64,000 nt of DNA from Alphaproteobacteria bacterium (GTDB lineage: Bacteria; Pseudomonadota; Alphaproteobacteria; GCA-2731375): the NCBI GenBank assembly GCA_965232515.1, contig CBDDPY010000002.1, forward strand, positions 2,976,001-3,040,000. Direction: 5' to 3'. Below are positions 1 through 10,962 of this stretch, piece by piece. A program made the translations under genes and the position numbers. The notes under the pieces are model-generated. The model was given only the letters and a program-made list of their open reading frames with translations, did not search any database and was not told the DNA's origin. Each line of letters begins with the position of its first letter. The stretch's first letter is position 1.

Positions 1-1059
1 TGCGCCATCATCGCTGGAACCGCTCTTTTCTTCACGCACAAGCTGTCGATGCAGCTGCTTTGGTTCCTAGTTCCTTTTCTCGCCATCTGGCAAGCCGACC
101 CAGTATGGCTCGTTCCGCTTGCGGCCGCTTATGCCAGTGCATGCGCTGTTGCGCCGCGTTTGTTCGTGAAAATCCTACGTGCTCATTGGGATATCGTGAC
201 CTTCTGGAACCGGAACTGGCGGTATTTGGGCGCGCATCAGATCAAGAATTCTCCCGTCTATGGGGACGGCCGTCCGAACGGATTTCACCGACATGGCGAT
301 CTTGGCAGAGCCGTTCTGAACCAGGCACGAATGCTGCTACAATTCAACCCCTGGCTTTTTGCGCTTCCGATCACACTCTGGCAGTTCGAAACGCTGTCGC
401 CAGTGCTGCAGTTCTTCGTCATCACCTCCATTGCCGCCCTAATCTGGGCCACGATCACACTCTATGTCGGCCCGCTGCGGTGTCTCGGCGAAGGAACGAA
501 ATACATCAAATATGGTTTGCCTTTCTCGCTCCTCGTGGCGATCGCATTGCCGCATAGCATGGCGCCGCAAGATGCCTGGATAGGCTGGGTCGCTTTCTAT
601 ATCAGTGCCGGATCGCAGTTGGCCCACTACATTTGGACGGTCGCAAGGCAACGGAAATCGTCGCACCTGACCGGAATAATGTCTCCGGACTTGATGACAA
701 TTATCGGTCACTTGCAGAAATCGCCAGATGCGCGCGTTTTGTGCCTGCCAACGAACCTCGCCGACGCTGTTGCCTATCATTCGGGCAAACCCGTCCTGTG
801 GGGAACACACGGATTTGGCTTTCGCTGGGCGGAACCTTTTTTCCCTGTGCTACGGCAGCCTCTACCGAAATTCGTCGAGCAATATGGCCTAACTCACCTG
901 CTGTTCGACAGCAAGTTCACATCGCATAAAGAATTGCAGCTTGTGCCTCGGGATGAAGACATGAATGTCGGTGACTTTTGCCTAACAACGCTTGAAAAGA
1001 CCGCCGGCACGTCTGCCGTACTGGCCCCGCCCGTCATGACCTTGAAGACAACGTCGTGA
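1..1059 (+). CDS. Polytopic membrane protein of the polysaccharide locus, possibly GT-C-like (5' truncated)
   Basis: Frame is open from base 1. Several hydrophobic segments precede a soluble C-terminal alpha/beta domain (ARVLCLPTNLADAVAYHSGKPVLW...YGLTHLLFD). The stop overlaps the next GTG start. Confidence 0.5.
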   Translation, partial: CAIIAGTALFFTHKLSMQLLWFLVPFLAIWQADPVWLVPLAAAYASACAVAPRLFVKILRAHWDIVTFWNRNWRYLGAHQIKNSPVYGDGRPNGFHRHGDLGRAVLNQARMLLQFNPWLFALPITLWQFETLSPVLQFFVITSIAALIWATITLYVGPLRCLGEGTKYIKYGLPFSLLVAIALPHSMAPQDAWIGWVAFYISAGSQLAHYIWTVARQRKSSHLTGIMSPDLMTIIGHLQKSPDARVLCLPTNLADAVAYHSGKPVLWGTHGFGFRWAEPFFPVLRQPLPKFVEQYGLTHLLFDSKFTSHKELQLVPRDEDMNVGDFCLTTLEKTAGTSAVLAPPVMTLKTTS

Positions 1060-1859
1060 GACAGGCCATAAACGCCGACGGTGCCGAACTGCGATTTGGC
1101 TTTGGCGCCAACTGGCAGCGGTTCGTGAAGCACCTAAGCGATGCACGCATTGCCCGAGCTGAAAGCTCGTTACAAGAGATGTTGCGCATACAGAATCTCA
1201 ATGGCATGCGGGTACTGGATGCGGGATCTGGGTCGGGCTTGCTCAGCCTTGCAGCGTGCCGGCTTGGCGCGGATGTCTATTCTTTCGACTATGACCCCGA
1301 CTCCGTTGCCTGCACGAGATTTATCAGAGACCGATACGCATATGGCAATGGGCATTGGACAATCAAACAGGGATCCGTGCTCGACGGCGCGTTCATAGAC
1401 AAGCTAGGCAAGTTCGACATCGTATATTCGTGGGGAGTCCTGCACCACACTGGCGACATGCGCCTGGCTATCGATACCGTCTCACAGGCCGTTGCTCCTG
1501 GCGGGACCTTGATGCTGTCGATCTACAACGATCAGGGGCTGCTTAGCCGATTCTGGCGGATCGTTAAGATACAATTCAACCGGAACCGCCTGAGCCGGGT
1601 CATTACCATCGCAATTTTTGCCCCCTATCTCGTCGGTCTGCGTTATCTCGTGAGATTGACCCGCGGCCGCGTCGAGCTCGAGCGCGGAATGAGCCTCTGG
1701 TACGACATGTTAGATTGGCTAGGCGGCTATCCATTCGAAGTCGCACGCCCCGAAGAAATCGTCGACCAGCTCCACGCCCTAGGCTTCGCGCTGACCAAAA
1801 TCCGCACCGTCGGCGGCCGTAACGGCTGCAATGAGTTCGTCGCGCGGAAATTCGCCTGA
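1056..1859 (+). CDS. Class I SAM-dependent methyltransferase (UbiG-like, polysaccharide-associated)
   Basis: VLDAGSGSGLLS SAM motif; FDIVYSWGVLHHTG. Confidence 0.9.
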   Translation: MRQAINADGAELRFGFGANWQRFVKHLSDARIARAESSLQEMLRIQNLNGMRVLDAGSGSGLLSLAACRLGADVYSFDYDPDSVACTRFIRDRYAYGNGHWTIKQGSVLDGAFIDKLGKFDIVYSWGVLHHTGDMRLAIDTVSQAVAPGGTLMLSIYNDQGLLSRFWRIVKIQFNRNRLSRVITIAIFAPYLVGLRYLVRLTRGRVELERGMSLWYDMLDWLGGYPFEVARPEEIVDQLHALGFALTKIRTVGGRNGCNEFVARKFA

Positions 1860-1881
1860 GGCATTCAGCAGTCGTATATCG

Positions 1882-3066
1882 ATGGTCCGGGTCCTGCATC
1901 TCATCACAAGCCTGGAAACCGGCGGTGCCGAGATGATGCTGTACAAGTATCTGCAAGGAGCAGACCGCATGCGCACCGAAAACACCGTCGTCTGCCTTGG
2001 CAGCGACGGCACCCTCGCGGAACCGATCCGCCAGCTTGGAATAGATGTCCATACGATCCGACTGAAAAAGCGGTTGAGCGCCGTGGTCGCCTTAATTCGT
2101 CTCGCGATTCTTCTGCGCCGGGAGCAGCCGCAGATCCTGCAATCTTGGTTGTACCATGCCGACCTTATCGGCCTGCTGCTCGGAAAACTGGCCGGAGTTT
2201 CTAAAATTGTCTGGAACCTACGTTGCTCAAATACGGGCACTATCTACACAAAAGGAACGGGCGCCCTGCTGTTGAAATCGCTCGCCATGCTTTCAGGCCG
2301 ACCGGCCGCCGTTATTGTGAACTCCGTTGCCGGACGGATCGAGCATGAACGTCTCGGCTACAAGCCGACGCGATGGGAACTCCTGCCAAATGGATTTGAC
2401 CTGGATGCATTCAATCCGAGCCCTGTCGCCCGCGCGCGATTGCGTCAGGAACTTGGGCTAGATAGCAATGCCTTTTTAATCGGGCTTGTAGCCAGATTCG
2501 ACCCGCTGAAAGATCAGGAGAACTTCCTGCGCGCGGCGGCAAAGCTCCAGCGGACACGTAGGAATGTTCAATTCGTCATGGTCGGTCGTGGCATTGTCAA
2601 GAGGAACGCCGAACTTTCGGCCCTGATCGAGCAGACCGGAATTAATGCCACCGGGCTGCATCTTCTAGGCGAACGCCGCGATATCGCGAACATCACCGCC
2701 GCGCTCGACATCGCGACCTGTGCGTCAAATGCTGAGGGATTTCCGAACATCGTCGGCGAAGCCATGGCATGTGGCGTCCCATGTGCCGTCACCGACGTCG
2801 GTGACGCGGCCATCATAGTTGGCGAGACAGGCCGTGTGGTGCCGGCCAAAGATCCAGTCGCGCTGTCTTCAGCTTTCGCATCGCTGGTCGACATTGGCGA
2901 ACAGGCCCGCACGCGGTTGGGCTGCGCAGCACGGACGCGAATTGCCGAGCACTATAGCCTTGCCGCCATCTGTAAACGCTATGACGACCTTTACGAGGAC
3001 CTGGCCGACCCACACTCGGAACATCGGAGCTGGCATCGCGCCCAGCAGGTCAGCGGCAAGATCTGA
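1882..3066 (+). CDS. Glycosyltransferase family 4 (WbnK-like)
   Basis: LHLITSLETGGAE N-terminus, RFDPLKD, EGFPNIVGEAMACG (EX7E); start moved to ATG 1882. Confidence 0.92.
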   Translation: MVRVLHLITSLETGGAEMMLYKYLQGADRMRTENTVVCLGSDGTLAEPIRQLGIDVHTIRLKKRLSAVVALIRLAILLRREQPQILQSWLYHADLIGLLLGKLAGVSKIVWNLRCSNTGTIYTKGTGALLLKSLAMLSGRPAAVIVNSVAGRIEHERLGYKPTRWELLPNGFDLDAFNPSPVARARLRQELGLDSNAFLIGLVARFDPLKDQENFLRAAAKLQRTRRNVQFVMVGRGIVKRNAELSALIEQTGINATGLHLLGERRDIANITAALDIATCASNAEGFPNIVGEAMACGVPCAVTDVGDAAIIVGETGRVVPAKDPVALSSAFASLVDIGEQARTRLGCAARTRIAEHYSLAAICKRYDDLYEDLADPHSEHRSWHRAQQVSGKI

Positions 3067-3190
3067 CGGCAAGACGCAGTTCTTGCCGCTGACGTTTGAC
3101 CAAGTCTCATACGCCGCCTTACGCGTACGTTTTTGTGGATATTCGCCTAACCGCGTTGACAGTCCGTAGTGGCAATTAACCTGCAAATCC

Positions 3191-4204
3191 ATGACATTTG
3201 ACACGTCGTACTACCGCCGAAAACTTGATCTGCTCCAGGACCTATTCGGTGCCCGATCCGTCGCGCTGACTGACAGCGGCCTCGAAGTCGATGGGAAATG
3301 CTACCCCATTGTCGACGACGTAATCATCTTGCTCGATCCGTCCCAATATCCGAAAGAGCTGAGACGGCTGCTTCCCTCCGAGCAGGACGACAACACCGAC
3401 GAGGTCGGCAGTCTGGCGCACGACATCCAGTTCACGTTTGGCGAAGAGTGGCAGAAATTCGATCAGGTTCTGCCCGAGCATGAGCGAGAATTCCATCAAT
3501 ATTTTGACGTCGTGGACATCAACGCGCTGACCGGCCAACGCATCTGCGACCTCGGATGTGGGGTCGGCAGGTGGAGCTATTTCCTACGCAATATCGCCAG
3601 AGAGCTTGTGCTCGTCGATTTTTCGGAAGCCATATTCGTTGCCAGGCGAAACCTTCGCAGCGCCGACAACGCCGTGTACTTTATGGCCGATCTACAGAAC
3701 CTGCCATTCAGGCCGGATTTCGCGGATTTCGGGTTCTGCCTGGGCGTCGCCCATCATCTACCGACCAACGCACTTGACGCGGTGCGCGACATAGCCCGCT
3801 ATGCGCCGCTATTGCTGGTCTACCTATATTCCGCGCTCGATGCCCGGCCAGCCTACTATCGAACGCTGCTGCATGTCGTGACCTGGGTCCGCAAGAGCGC
3901 AAGCCGAGTTTCAAACCGGACATTCCGAAATGTCTTCACCTGGATGGGAACTCTGTTTATCTATCTTCCGTTGGTCTGGCTCGGCGTCATGCTCCGGCCG
4001 TTCGGATTGTCGTCCCGCGTCCCGCTCTACGACTTCTATTGCGGCAAGTCCATCAAACGCATACGCCAGGACGTCTATGACCGCTTTTTTACTCGCATCG
4101 AGCAGAGGTTCAGCCGCAGTGAGATCACAGGCCTCCAAGACAGCTTCCGGCGGGTCACGGTGTCGTCGAGCATTCCCTACTGGCATTTCCTCTGCGAGCG
4201 CTGA
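3191..4204 (+). CDS. Class I SAM-dependent methyltransferase with a Trm112-like N-terminal segment
   Basis: ICDLGCGVGRW, FGEEW, LGVAHHLP; N-terminal YPIVDDVIILL. Confidence 0.85.
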   Translation: MTFDTSYYRRKLDLLQDLFGARSVALTDSGLEVDGKCYPIVDDVIILLDPSQYPKELRRLLPSEQDDNTDEVGSLAHDIQFTFGEEWQKFDQVLPEHEREFHQYFDVVDINALTGQRICDLGCGVGRWSYFLRNIARELVLVDFSEAIFVARRNLRSADNAVYFMADLQNLPFRPDFADFGFCLGVAHHLPTNALDAVRDIARYAPLLLVYLYSALDARPAYYRTLLHVVTWVRKSASRVSNRTFRNVFTWMGTLFIYLPLVWLGVMLRPFGLSSRVPLYDFYCGKSIKRIRQDVYDRFFTRIEQRFSRSEITGLQDSFRRVTVSSSIPYWHFLCER

Positions 4205-4244
4205 GACGAGCACACCCATGCCCGGTATGACGGCCTGAACGGAT

Positions 4245-6218
4245 ATGTGCGGAATCGCGGGCTTCCTGAATCTGCGCAAAACTCGTTCGGCATCGGCCTC
4301 GAACAAAATTGGACGTGCCATGGCCGATGCGATCCGGCATCGCGGGCCTGATGACGCTGGATTATGGACGGATGCCTCGGCGGGGTTGACCTTGGCGCAC
4401 CGCCGGCTTTCGATCATCGACCTTTCGCCCGGCGGCCATCAGCCCATGGTATCGACGAACGGGCGCTGGGTGATTGCCTATAACGGCGAGGTCTATAACT
4501 TTAGGGAACTCCGCCGGGACCTGGAGCAATCCGGGCAGCGCTTTCGCGGCAACTCTGATACCGAAGTCGTCCTTGAGGCCTGCGCGGCCTGGGGCGTCGA
4601 AACGACGCTGCAGCGCCTCATCGGCATGTTCGCGTTCGCCCTTTGGGATCAGTCCGATAAGATATTGTACTTGGCGCGGGATCGGCTTGGCATCAAACCT
4701 CTGTACTGGGGCCAGCATGATGATGTGTTCGTGTTCGGGTCCGAACTGAAATCCCTGACGCAGCAACCGGACTGGGGGCCCGAGGTCGACCGCGATGCGC
4801 TGACCACCTATATGCGCTTTGGCTATGTGCCGAGCCCAATGAGCATCTACAAGGGTGTTTCCAAACTTCCACCAGGTCATCTGCTTCGGTTTCGTCCCGG
4901 TGCGACAGTCCAGACTAATCTTTATTGGGACATCCGGAGCATTGCCCGGGACGGCGTGCGTGACCGGTCCACCCTGAGCGACGCCGATGCGGTATGCCAG
5001 TTCGAGATGTTGCTGCGCGATGCCGTCAAGCGACGCCTTGTAGCTGATGTGCCTATTGGCGCCTTTCTTTCAGGCGGGATCGATTCCTCTTGCGTCGCTG
5101 CCATGATGCAGGATGAGAGCGTCGGACCGATCAGCACATTCTCGATCGGCTTCAACGAGAAGGGCTTTGACGAAGCGCCCCACGCCAAGGCGGTCGCCCG
5201 TCATCTCGGTACGGATCACACCGAGTTGTACGTCACGCCGACGGATGCGTTGGCCGTGGTGCCGTCGTTGCCCGACATGTTCGATGAGCCGTTTGCCGAC
5301 TCCTCTCAGATACCGACGTATCTCATCTCTGCCATGACGCGCCGGTACGTTACTGTCGCGCTGTCCGGCGACGGCGGCGACGAACTATTCGGCGGTTATA
5401 CTCGCTACGCCTGGGGCGAGACTTGGTGGCGGCGGATCGGCGCGCTGCCGCTATCCGGTCGCAGGTTCTTGGGCGACATCATCGAAGGCCTGCCGGAATC
5501 GACCTGGAACCATCTGTTCCGGACTATCCCTCGCAGTCTCCGGCCGCCGACCCCTGGCCGGAAAATGCATGTCCTTTCCAACGTTCTGCGTATCGACAAT
5601 CCGGACGCGCTCTATCGTCGTCAACATACCCATTGGCATCAGCCGGAAGAACTCGTCGTCGGGGGCCGCGAACGGCACGGCGTGCTGAATGATCATTCGA
5701 TCGCCGAGGAAATCCCCAATTTCACGGAGCGGATGCAGCTCTTCGATATATTGACCTACCTTCACGACGATATCCTGACCAAGGTCGATCGGGCGAGCAT
5801 GGCGGTCGGCCTGGAAGCCCGCGTGCCGCTCCTGGACCACCGAGTCGTGGAGTTCGCATGGCGTCTCCCGAGGCATATGAAGATCCGCGGAGGCAGCAGC
5901 AAATGGCTATTGCGCCAAATGCTGGAGCGCTATGTGCCGAAAGCACTGACCGACCGGCCGAAAATGGGATTCGGCGTGCCAATCGACGATTGGCTGCGGG
6001 GCCCGTTGCGTGACTGGGCGGAAACGTTGCTGGACGAGCAACGACTGGCGCGCGAAGGCTACTTAAATCCGGTGCCCATTCGCCAATTCTGGACGGATTT
6101 CATTACCGAGCGCACGAGCAGCGGCTATCGCCTTTGGACGGTGCTGATGTTCCAATCATGGTTGGAGCATCAAACCGGCGCTAAACCACTTCTTTCGCAA
6201 CGGTGTCGGGCCTCGTGA
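4245..6218 (+). CDS. asnB: Asparagine synthase (glutamine-hydrolysing)-family amidotransferase
   Basis: MCGIAG Ntn N-terminus, HRGPD, RLSIIDL, NGEVYN, LSGGIDSS, SGDGGDELFGGY. Confidence 0.95.
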   Translation: MCGIAGFLNLRKTRSASASNKIGRAMADAIRHRGPDDAGLWTDASAGLTLAHRRLSIIDLSPGGHQPMVSTNGRWVIAYNGEVYNFRELRRDLEQSGQRFRGNSDTEVVLEACAAWGVETTLQRLIGMFAFALWDQSDKILYLARDRLGIKPLYWGQHDDVFVFGSELKSLTQQPDWGPEVDRDALTTYMRFGYVPSPMSIYKGVSKLPPGHLLRFRPGATVQTNLYWDIRSIARDGVRDRSTLSDADAVCQFEMLLRDAVKRRLVADVPIGAFLSGGIDSSCVAAMMQDESVGPISTFSIGFNEKGFDEAPHAKAVARHLGTDHTELYVTPTDALAVVPSLPDMFDEPFADSSQIPTYLISAMTRRYVTVALSGDGGDELFGGYTRYAWGETWWRRIGALPLSGRRFLGDIIEGLPESTWNHLFRTIPRSLRPPTPGRKMHVLSNVLRIDNPDALYRRQHTHWHQPEELVVGGRERHGVLNDHSIAEEIPNFTERMQLFDILTYLHDDILTKVDRASMAVGLEARVPLLDHRVVEFAWRLPRHMKIRGGSSKWLLRQMLERYVPKALTDRPKMGFGVPIDDWLRGPLRDWAETLLDEQRLAREGYLNPVPIRQFWTDFITERTSSGYRLWTVLMFQSWLEHQTGAKPLLSQRCRAS

Positions 6219-7392
6219 GGGCACCGCGTAGGCCACAATTGCCAAGCACGGCTTCATAGACCTCCAACGTTCGACGTACCACTTCCTTCTCGGAAAACTC
6301 CGTCTCGGCGATCTCACGGCCGCGGCGGCCCATCCTTCGACGCAGATCCCGATCCTCGATCAGACGACTTAGGGCCGTGGCAAGTCGATGGGGGTCTTTC
6401 GGGGGCACTAAAAGTCCATTCTCCATATTCCGAACAATATCCCTGCATCCGGGCGTGTCGGTGCTGACAGTCGGCCGACCAGCGGCGGCGGCTTCGATCA
6501 GCACTTTCGGAACACCCTCGCCGTATGAGCTGGGCAGACAGACAATATGGCTCGCCGCATAAATTGCAGGCATATCCTCCCGCCGTCCCCACCACTCGAC
6601 AAATCCTTCGGTTTGCCAGTCACGTAGCACTGAAACAGGGACGGCGCGGGGATTGCTTGGCTGCGTATCGCCAAGCAGGACAAACCGCGCGGACACCCCC
6701 TGTTGCCTCAAAATCCGCGCTGCCGAAGCAAAATCCCCGACGCCTTTGTCCCATATCAGGCGGGCCGGCATGATGATCAACGGGATCTCATCGGGCTCCT
6801 CTGTCGGCACGAACAGATCGAGGGCGACACCCGAGCCGTAAATTAGAACTAGCGACTCGGATTTCGCGGCGCGCGTCGAGAGCAGCATCTCGCCATCGTC
6901 CGGGTTCTGAACAATAACCTTGGCATTTCGGTGCGCCATTGCGAGCCGGTAGCCAAACAGTATAAGTCTGCGCAGGATCGATGCTTTATGGCCCGAAGCG
7001 ATGAAGGCGTCGCCCAGGCCGGTAATGGCGCAGATCATCGCTGGGACGCCGACAAGTCTTGCGACAAGCCCACCGTAAAGCGTGGGCTTAATTGTTATGT
7101 GATGGACGATATCGGGCCGTAATGCGCGATATAACCGGTATAAACCGTAGATCGTCTTCAGCTCGGTGATCGGGTGCTTGCCGCGACGTGACAAAGGAAT
7201 CGAATGGAATTTGAAGCCTTCGGCCCGCAAATCATCGATAGTGAATGTTTTCGGCGCCCAGACATGATCGCTCGGTGCGGCAACATGGACGTCAAATCCC
7301 GCGGCCAGCGCCGCCCTCGCAATCGGCAGGCGATGCGACATGAAGAAGTAAGCTTCATTGACAACATAGAGGAGCCGCAAGCGTCTTTTCAT
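6181..7392 (-). CDS. Glycosyltransferase family 4 (CapM-like)
   Basis: RLIWDKG, EGVPKVLIEAAAAG, TDTPGC. Confidence 0.92.
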   Translation of the reverse strand: MKRRLRLLYVVNEAYFFMSHRLPIARAALAAGFDVHVAAPSDHVWAPKTFTIDDLRAEGFKFHSIPLSRRGKHPITELKTIYGLYRLYRALRPDIVHHITIKPTLYGGLVARLVGVPAMICAITGLGDAFIASGHKASILRRLILFGYRLAMAHRNAKVIVQNPDDGEMLLSTRAAKSESLVLIYGSGVALDLFVPTEEPDEIPLIIMPARLIWDKGVGDFASAARILRQQGVSARFVLLGDTQPSNPRAVPVSVLRDWQTEGFVEWWGRREDMPAIYAASHIVCLPSSYGEGVPKVLIEAAAAGRPTVSTDTPGCRDIVRNMENGLLVPPKDPHRLATALSRLIEDRDLRRRMGRRGREIAETEFSEKEVVRRTLEVYEAVLGNCGLRGALTRPDTVAKEVV

Positions 7393-7570
7393 TCAATCTC
7401 CTGAACCGGCCTCGGTGCCAATGTACCAACTCTCCGTACAAGCTGATCGGTGTGCCGTTCAGCCCGGCTCGCAACCGACAACCCTGGCGGCGGCAAGTCC
7501 AATCTCAGCATCCAGAGGGACCTCGGCCAGAATCGGTCGTGTCAATACGGTCATGAGGACATAGAACTAC

Positions 7571-8443
7571 GTGTCGGTTGCAAAGCTAACTCCATGGTGG
7601 GTCAGGTTACCAGCCAAATTGATCCTCTCCCGCATACCGCTCAGCACGGCAGTTTGGCGCAAGCTTTCGCTATTCCGCCATGGAAAGATGGACAATCCGG
7701 AATACGCCCTAAGCAATCTGAAACTGATGTTCGACTATGCGGGTCGCGGCCAGCCAGGCGAGCCGTTTGTCGGACTTGAGCTCGGTCCCGGCGATTCGTT
7801 GTTCTCGGCGCTAACGATGAGGGCGTTCGGCGCCACGCAATCCTATCTGATTGATGTCGGCGCGTTCGCCATAGCGGATATGGGCCCCTACCACCAGATG
7901 CGCGCACAACTCGCCGCCCAGGGTTTCGACATGACGGCGACTAGCACTGCGCAAACACTCGGCGAACTGCTGGCGACCTGCGACGCCCACTATTTGACGG
8001 ACGGCCTGAAATCGCTCGAGGCGATTCCGGATCAGTCGGTTGACCTCATCTGGTCGATCGCTGTGCTGGAACACATCCGGAAGAGCGAATTTCGAGACTA
8101 TCTCAAGCAGATGCACCGCGTTCTCAGCCCCTCAGGCGTGTCGGTGCATTTAATCGATCTCACGGACCATCTTGGCGGCGCCCTGAACAGTCTCCGCTTC
8201 AGCGACACCATCTGGGAAAGCGACCTGTTTGCAACCTCCGGATTCTATACAAACAGATTGAGGGTCTCGGAAATCTTGAAACTGGCCGCTGATGCCGGCT
8301 TCGATGTCCAAGTGCTTCGCGCGGATCGTTGGGACCAACTGCCGACGCCGAAGTCAAAAATGTCGCGACACTTTCAAAATCTCGGACACGATGATCTTGC
8401 CACCTATCGACTGGACGTCGTGCTGTCGCCAGTCAATGTATAG
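7571..8443 (+). CDS. Class I SAM-dependent methyltransferase
   Basis: GLELGPGDS, VDLIWSIAVLEHI, DLTDH. Confidence 0.85.
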   Translation: MSVAKLTPWWVRLPAKLILSRIPLSTAVWRKLSLFRHGKMDNPEYALSNLKLMFDYAGRGQPGEPFVGLELGPGDSLFSALTMRAFGATQSYLIDVGAFAIADMGPYHQMRAQLAAQGFDMTATSTAQTLGELLATCDAHYLTDGLKSLEAIPDQSVDLIWSIAVLEHIRKSEFRDYLKQMHRVLSPSGVSVHLIDLTDHLGGALNSLRFSDTIWESDLFATSGFYTNRLRVSEILKLAADAGFDVQVLRADRWDQLPTPKSKMSRHFQNLGHDDLATYRLDVVLSPVNV

Positions 8444-8444
8444 C

Positions 8445-9626
8445 TCATGCCGACTGGCCGTTGACGGCCAATTTTGCATCTTGCCGGCCGACACGCCTTC
8501 CAGACTGCTTCGATAGAATGCCGAAATATGCCTCGCGGGTCATTAGGAAAACGATCACGACGAAAATCAGAATGATGTAGTCGGTCCGATACCGTATGGC
8601 CGTCCCAGGGTTTGCCACGCCCTGGGGAAAGTTCGGGAACATCACCCAAAACAGCGCAAAGATCCCCATTAGGAAGTTATAGACCGGCAGTCGGGCGGAA
8701 TGCTGGATAAGAAACACAAAAATAACTCCAACGATGAGCGAACTCTCGATAAAGGAAAATGCATGCAGAACACCACTTGTCGCTTCGGACGCCACCGGCC
8801 CGAAGAACGCCTTGAACATGCCTTCCGGCGCCTTTAAGAAGACATCATACTGTTCCGTCAAGAACGGCTCGCGCGAGCTTCGTCCCTTCTCTTCCGCCAA
8901 CCAAATTGTCACAGATAAGGCAAAATCGTCGATAAGATCGCGAAAAATGTAGAGAGGTATCAGAGATACCGAGCATCCAATTATTGCAATGGTCGCTTTC
9001 TGTCGAACTTTTCTCGCGATCAGACTGCCGATTATGATAAATAATACAGCTATCAAAAAATGAGGTTTGAATAAAAACAGAACCAACATCGAGAGCATGT
9101 AGATAAATCTCAATTTTGGCTTACCCATATAAATATTTATTATGTACTTGCAAATAATACAAATCAGTAAAACTATTATAGATTCTTTAGATGCAATCGA
9201 CGACCAAAGCGTGAAAGACGGTGTCATAACCAGGACAGACAGAAACCGGCGATGATGGACCGGCACTGCCGACAATAGAATATACAGACCTAAGAATGCG
9301 ATGGATTGAAATCCAATGTTAATCAGAATTGGATTTCCTGCCGTCAATAGATTGAAAATTCCCCCTACAAGTTTCGTGAACAAAGTTGCCCAGTATTGCA
9401 TCTGGAGGCCGATCGAGCTGAAACTCAGGGCCATCAATCCTTCGAACGCGTCGCCGGCGCTGGAACTCTGATAAGTCACGGTGTCGGGAATTCCCGTAAG
9501 CCGCATCACGACGACTTCACCCAACACGGAAAACACGCTTCGATAGACAAACAATACGAAATAAAACATTCCCCAACTGAAAATCAGGGTTCTTATTCCG
9601 CCAGTTTGCTTTTGAAGCTTGCGCAT
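8445..9626 (-). CDS. Putative Wzy-type polysaccharide polymerase
   Basis: About ten hydrophobic segments, SIASKE and NPGTAIRYR motifs, visibly AT-rich codons, directly downstream of the Wzz-like gene. Confidence 0.7.
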   Translation of the reverse strand: MRKLQKQTGGIRTLIFSWGMFYFVLFVYRSVFSVLGEVVVMRLTGIPDTVTYQSSSAGDAFEGLMALSFSSIGLQMQYWATLFTKLVGGIFNLLTAGNPILINIGFQSIAFLGLYILLSAVPVHHRRFLSVLVMTPSFTLWSSIASKESIIVLLICIICKYIINIYMGKPKLRFIYMLSMLVLFLFKPHFLIAVLFIIIGSLIARKVRQKATIAIIGCSVSLIPLYIFRDLIDDFALSVTIWLAEEKGRSSREPFLTEQYDVFLKAPEGMFKAFFGPVASEATSGVLHAFSFIESSLIVGVIFVFLIQHSARLPVYNFLMGIFALFWVMFPNFPQGVANPGTAIRYRTDYIILIFVVIVFLMTREAYFGILSKQSGRRVGRQDAKLAVNGQSA

Positions 9627-9740
9627 TTAGCCTCCAGATATTGAAAAAGCTTCTGAGAATACTCAGAAGAGCCCATATCTCACCTTCGTCGGGCGCGCCA
9701 CCTAGACACGCCATCGGACCTGTATAAAGACGTCGTCCGA

Positions 9741-10700
9741 CTAGCGACTTTCCTGACGAAACACAACCAAAAGACTGACCACAACTATCGCTAACGCGAA
9801 TCCAAGAATGGTCGGAACTGCCACCAATAGAATTAGATTTGGCGGGACCGACTTTTTCGATACATACGGCTTTTCGACGATCTGCGCCGCGTAAGGCAAG
9901 CTTCCCTCCAACAACATCAGAGTGTACTCAACCCGGCTGAGCAGCGTAATTAGGACACTTCTCTTGTCCACCACTGTCTCACGGCTCAATTGGGCTTCTA
10001 GATAATTCTGGCGTTCCTTGGTTTCGATCCGCTCTTGAGCCCGGACATATTCATCAGCTGAGAAATAGACTGTTTGCAGCATATCGAGCGCCAGTTCCCG
10101 ATCGGCGCTCCTGTAAATGATTTCCTTGAACGGCAGGTCTTCCAACTCGTTGATAGTGATCGTCGATCCGAGATATTCGGCAAGCGTTTCGGTTGATGGC
10201 GGCTCCCAAGTTTCCAGCTTCAACAGTTTCTTGAGCCGTTGCTCGAAATTGAAGCGAGCGCCCGTCGGCCGTACCCACTTTTGTTCGTTATCGTCCCACC
10301 AACCGGAGAAAATGCGCCGAAGGAGTTTGTGCTCGGCTTCAATCTCTTTGGCAAGCGTCACCGACGACAGGGCGATCTGCAGCCGGTCAAAGCTGGTCGG
10401 CTGCTCTTCGCCCAGTCCTTCGCCAACTCCGAGCGCTTTGGCGATGCTAGAGAACTGAGCCGATGACCCGCTGAAATCTGAGGGTGCGGTCGTATTGATA
10501 GGTGAGATAATCAATCGCGCTTCATAGACTGGAACAAAATTGGCGAGATTACGAATTCCCCATGTTAGCCCTATCGCGGTCGCCAGCAATATCCATAGTT
10601 TCTTGCGCCACAAGGCCTGAAACAGAAAATGCAGATCAATAACATCACCTTCATTATACACCTTCGGCTGGGAAATAGCGTCCAACTCACTACACTCCAT
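9741..10700 (-). CDS. wzz: Wzz/PCP chain-length determinant
   Basis: DVIDLHFLFQALWRKKLWILL + TM, periplasmic coiled region, P-rich motif then a C-terminal TM. Confidence 0.85.
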   Translation of the reverse strand: MECSELDAISQPKVYNEGDVIDLHFLFQALWRKKLWILLATAIGLTWGIRNLANFVPVYEARLIISPINTTAPSDFSGSSAQFSSIAKALGVGEGLGEEQPTSFDRLQIALSSVTLAKEIEAEHKLLRRIFSGWWDDNEQKWVRPTGARFNFEQRLKKLLKLETWEPPSTETLAEYLGSTITINELEDLPFKEIIYRSADRELALDMLQTVYFSADEYVRAQERIETKERQNYLEAQLSRETVVDKRSVLITLLSRVEYTLMLLEGSLPYAAQIVEKPYVSKKSVPPNLILLVAVPTILGFALAIVVVSLLVVFRQESR

Positions 10701-10962
10701 GATCTATTCTTGTTGTTTCCTTCATAACAGACCCTAAGCCGCCCTGCTTCGGAAAATTCTGCAGCCGCAATGCCAAAATGTAGTAATTCCTGCCGAACTA
10801 TTTGGGAAACCCCGCACAAAGGACCAACTTCACATGTCGGATGCAACAAAGAATTCTTCGTGATAATTGCCAAGAATTTCCAAGTTCGTTGGTTCCCTAG
10901 GCAAAAGCCAATTGTCACAGTCGACGCAAAACACATCGCCAGCTGACATAAGCGTTAGCGGC

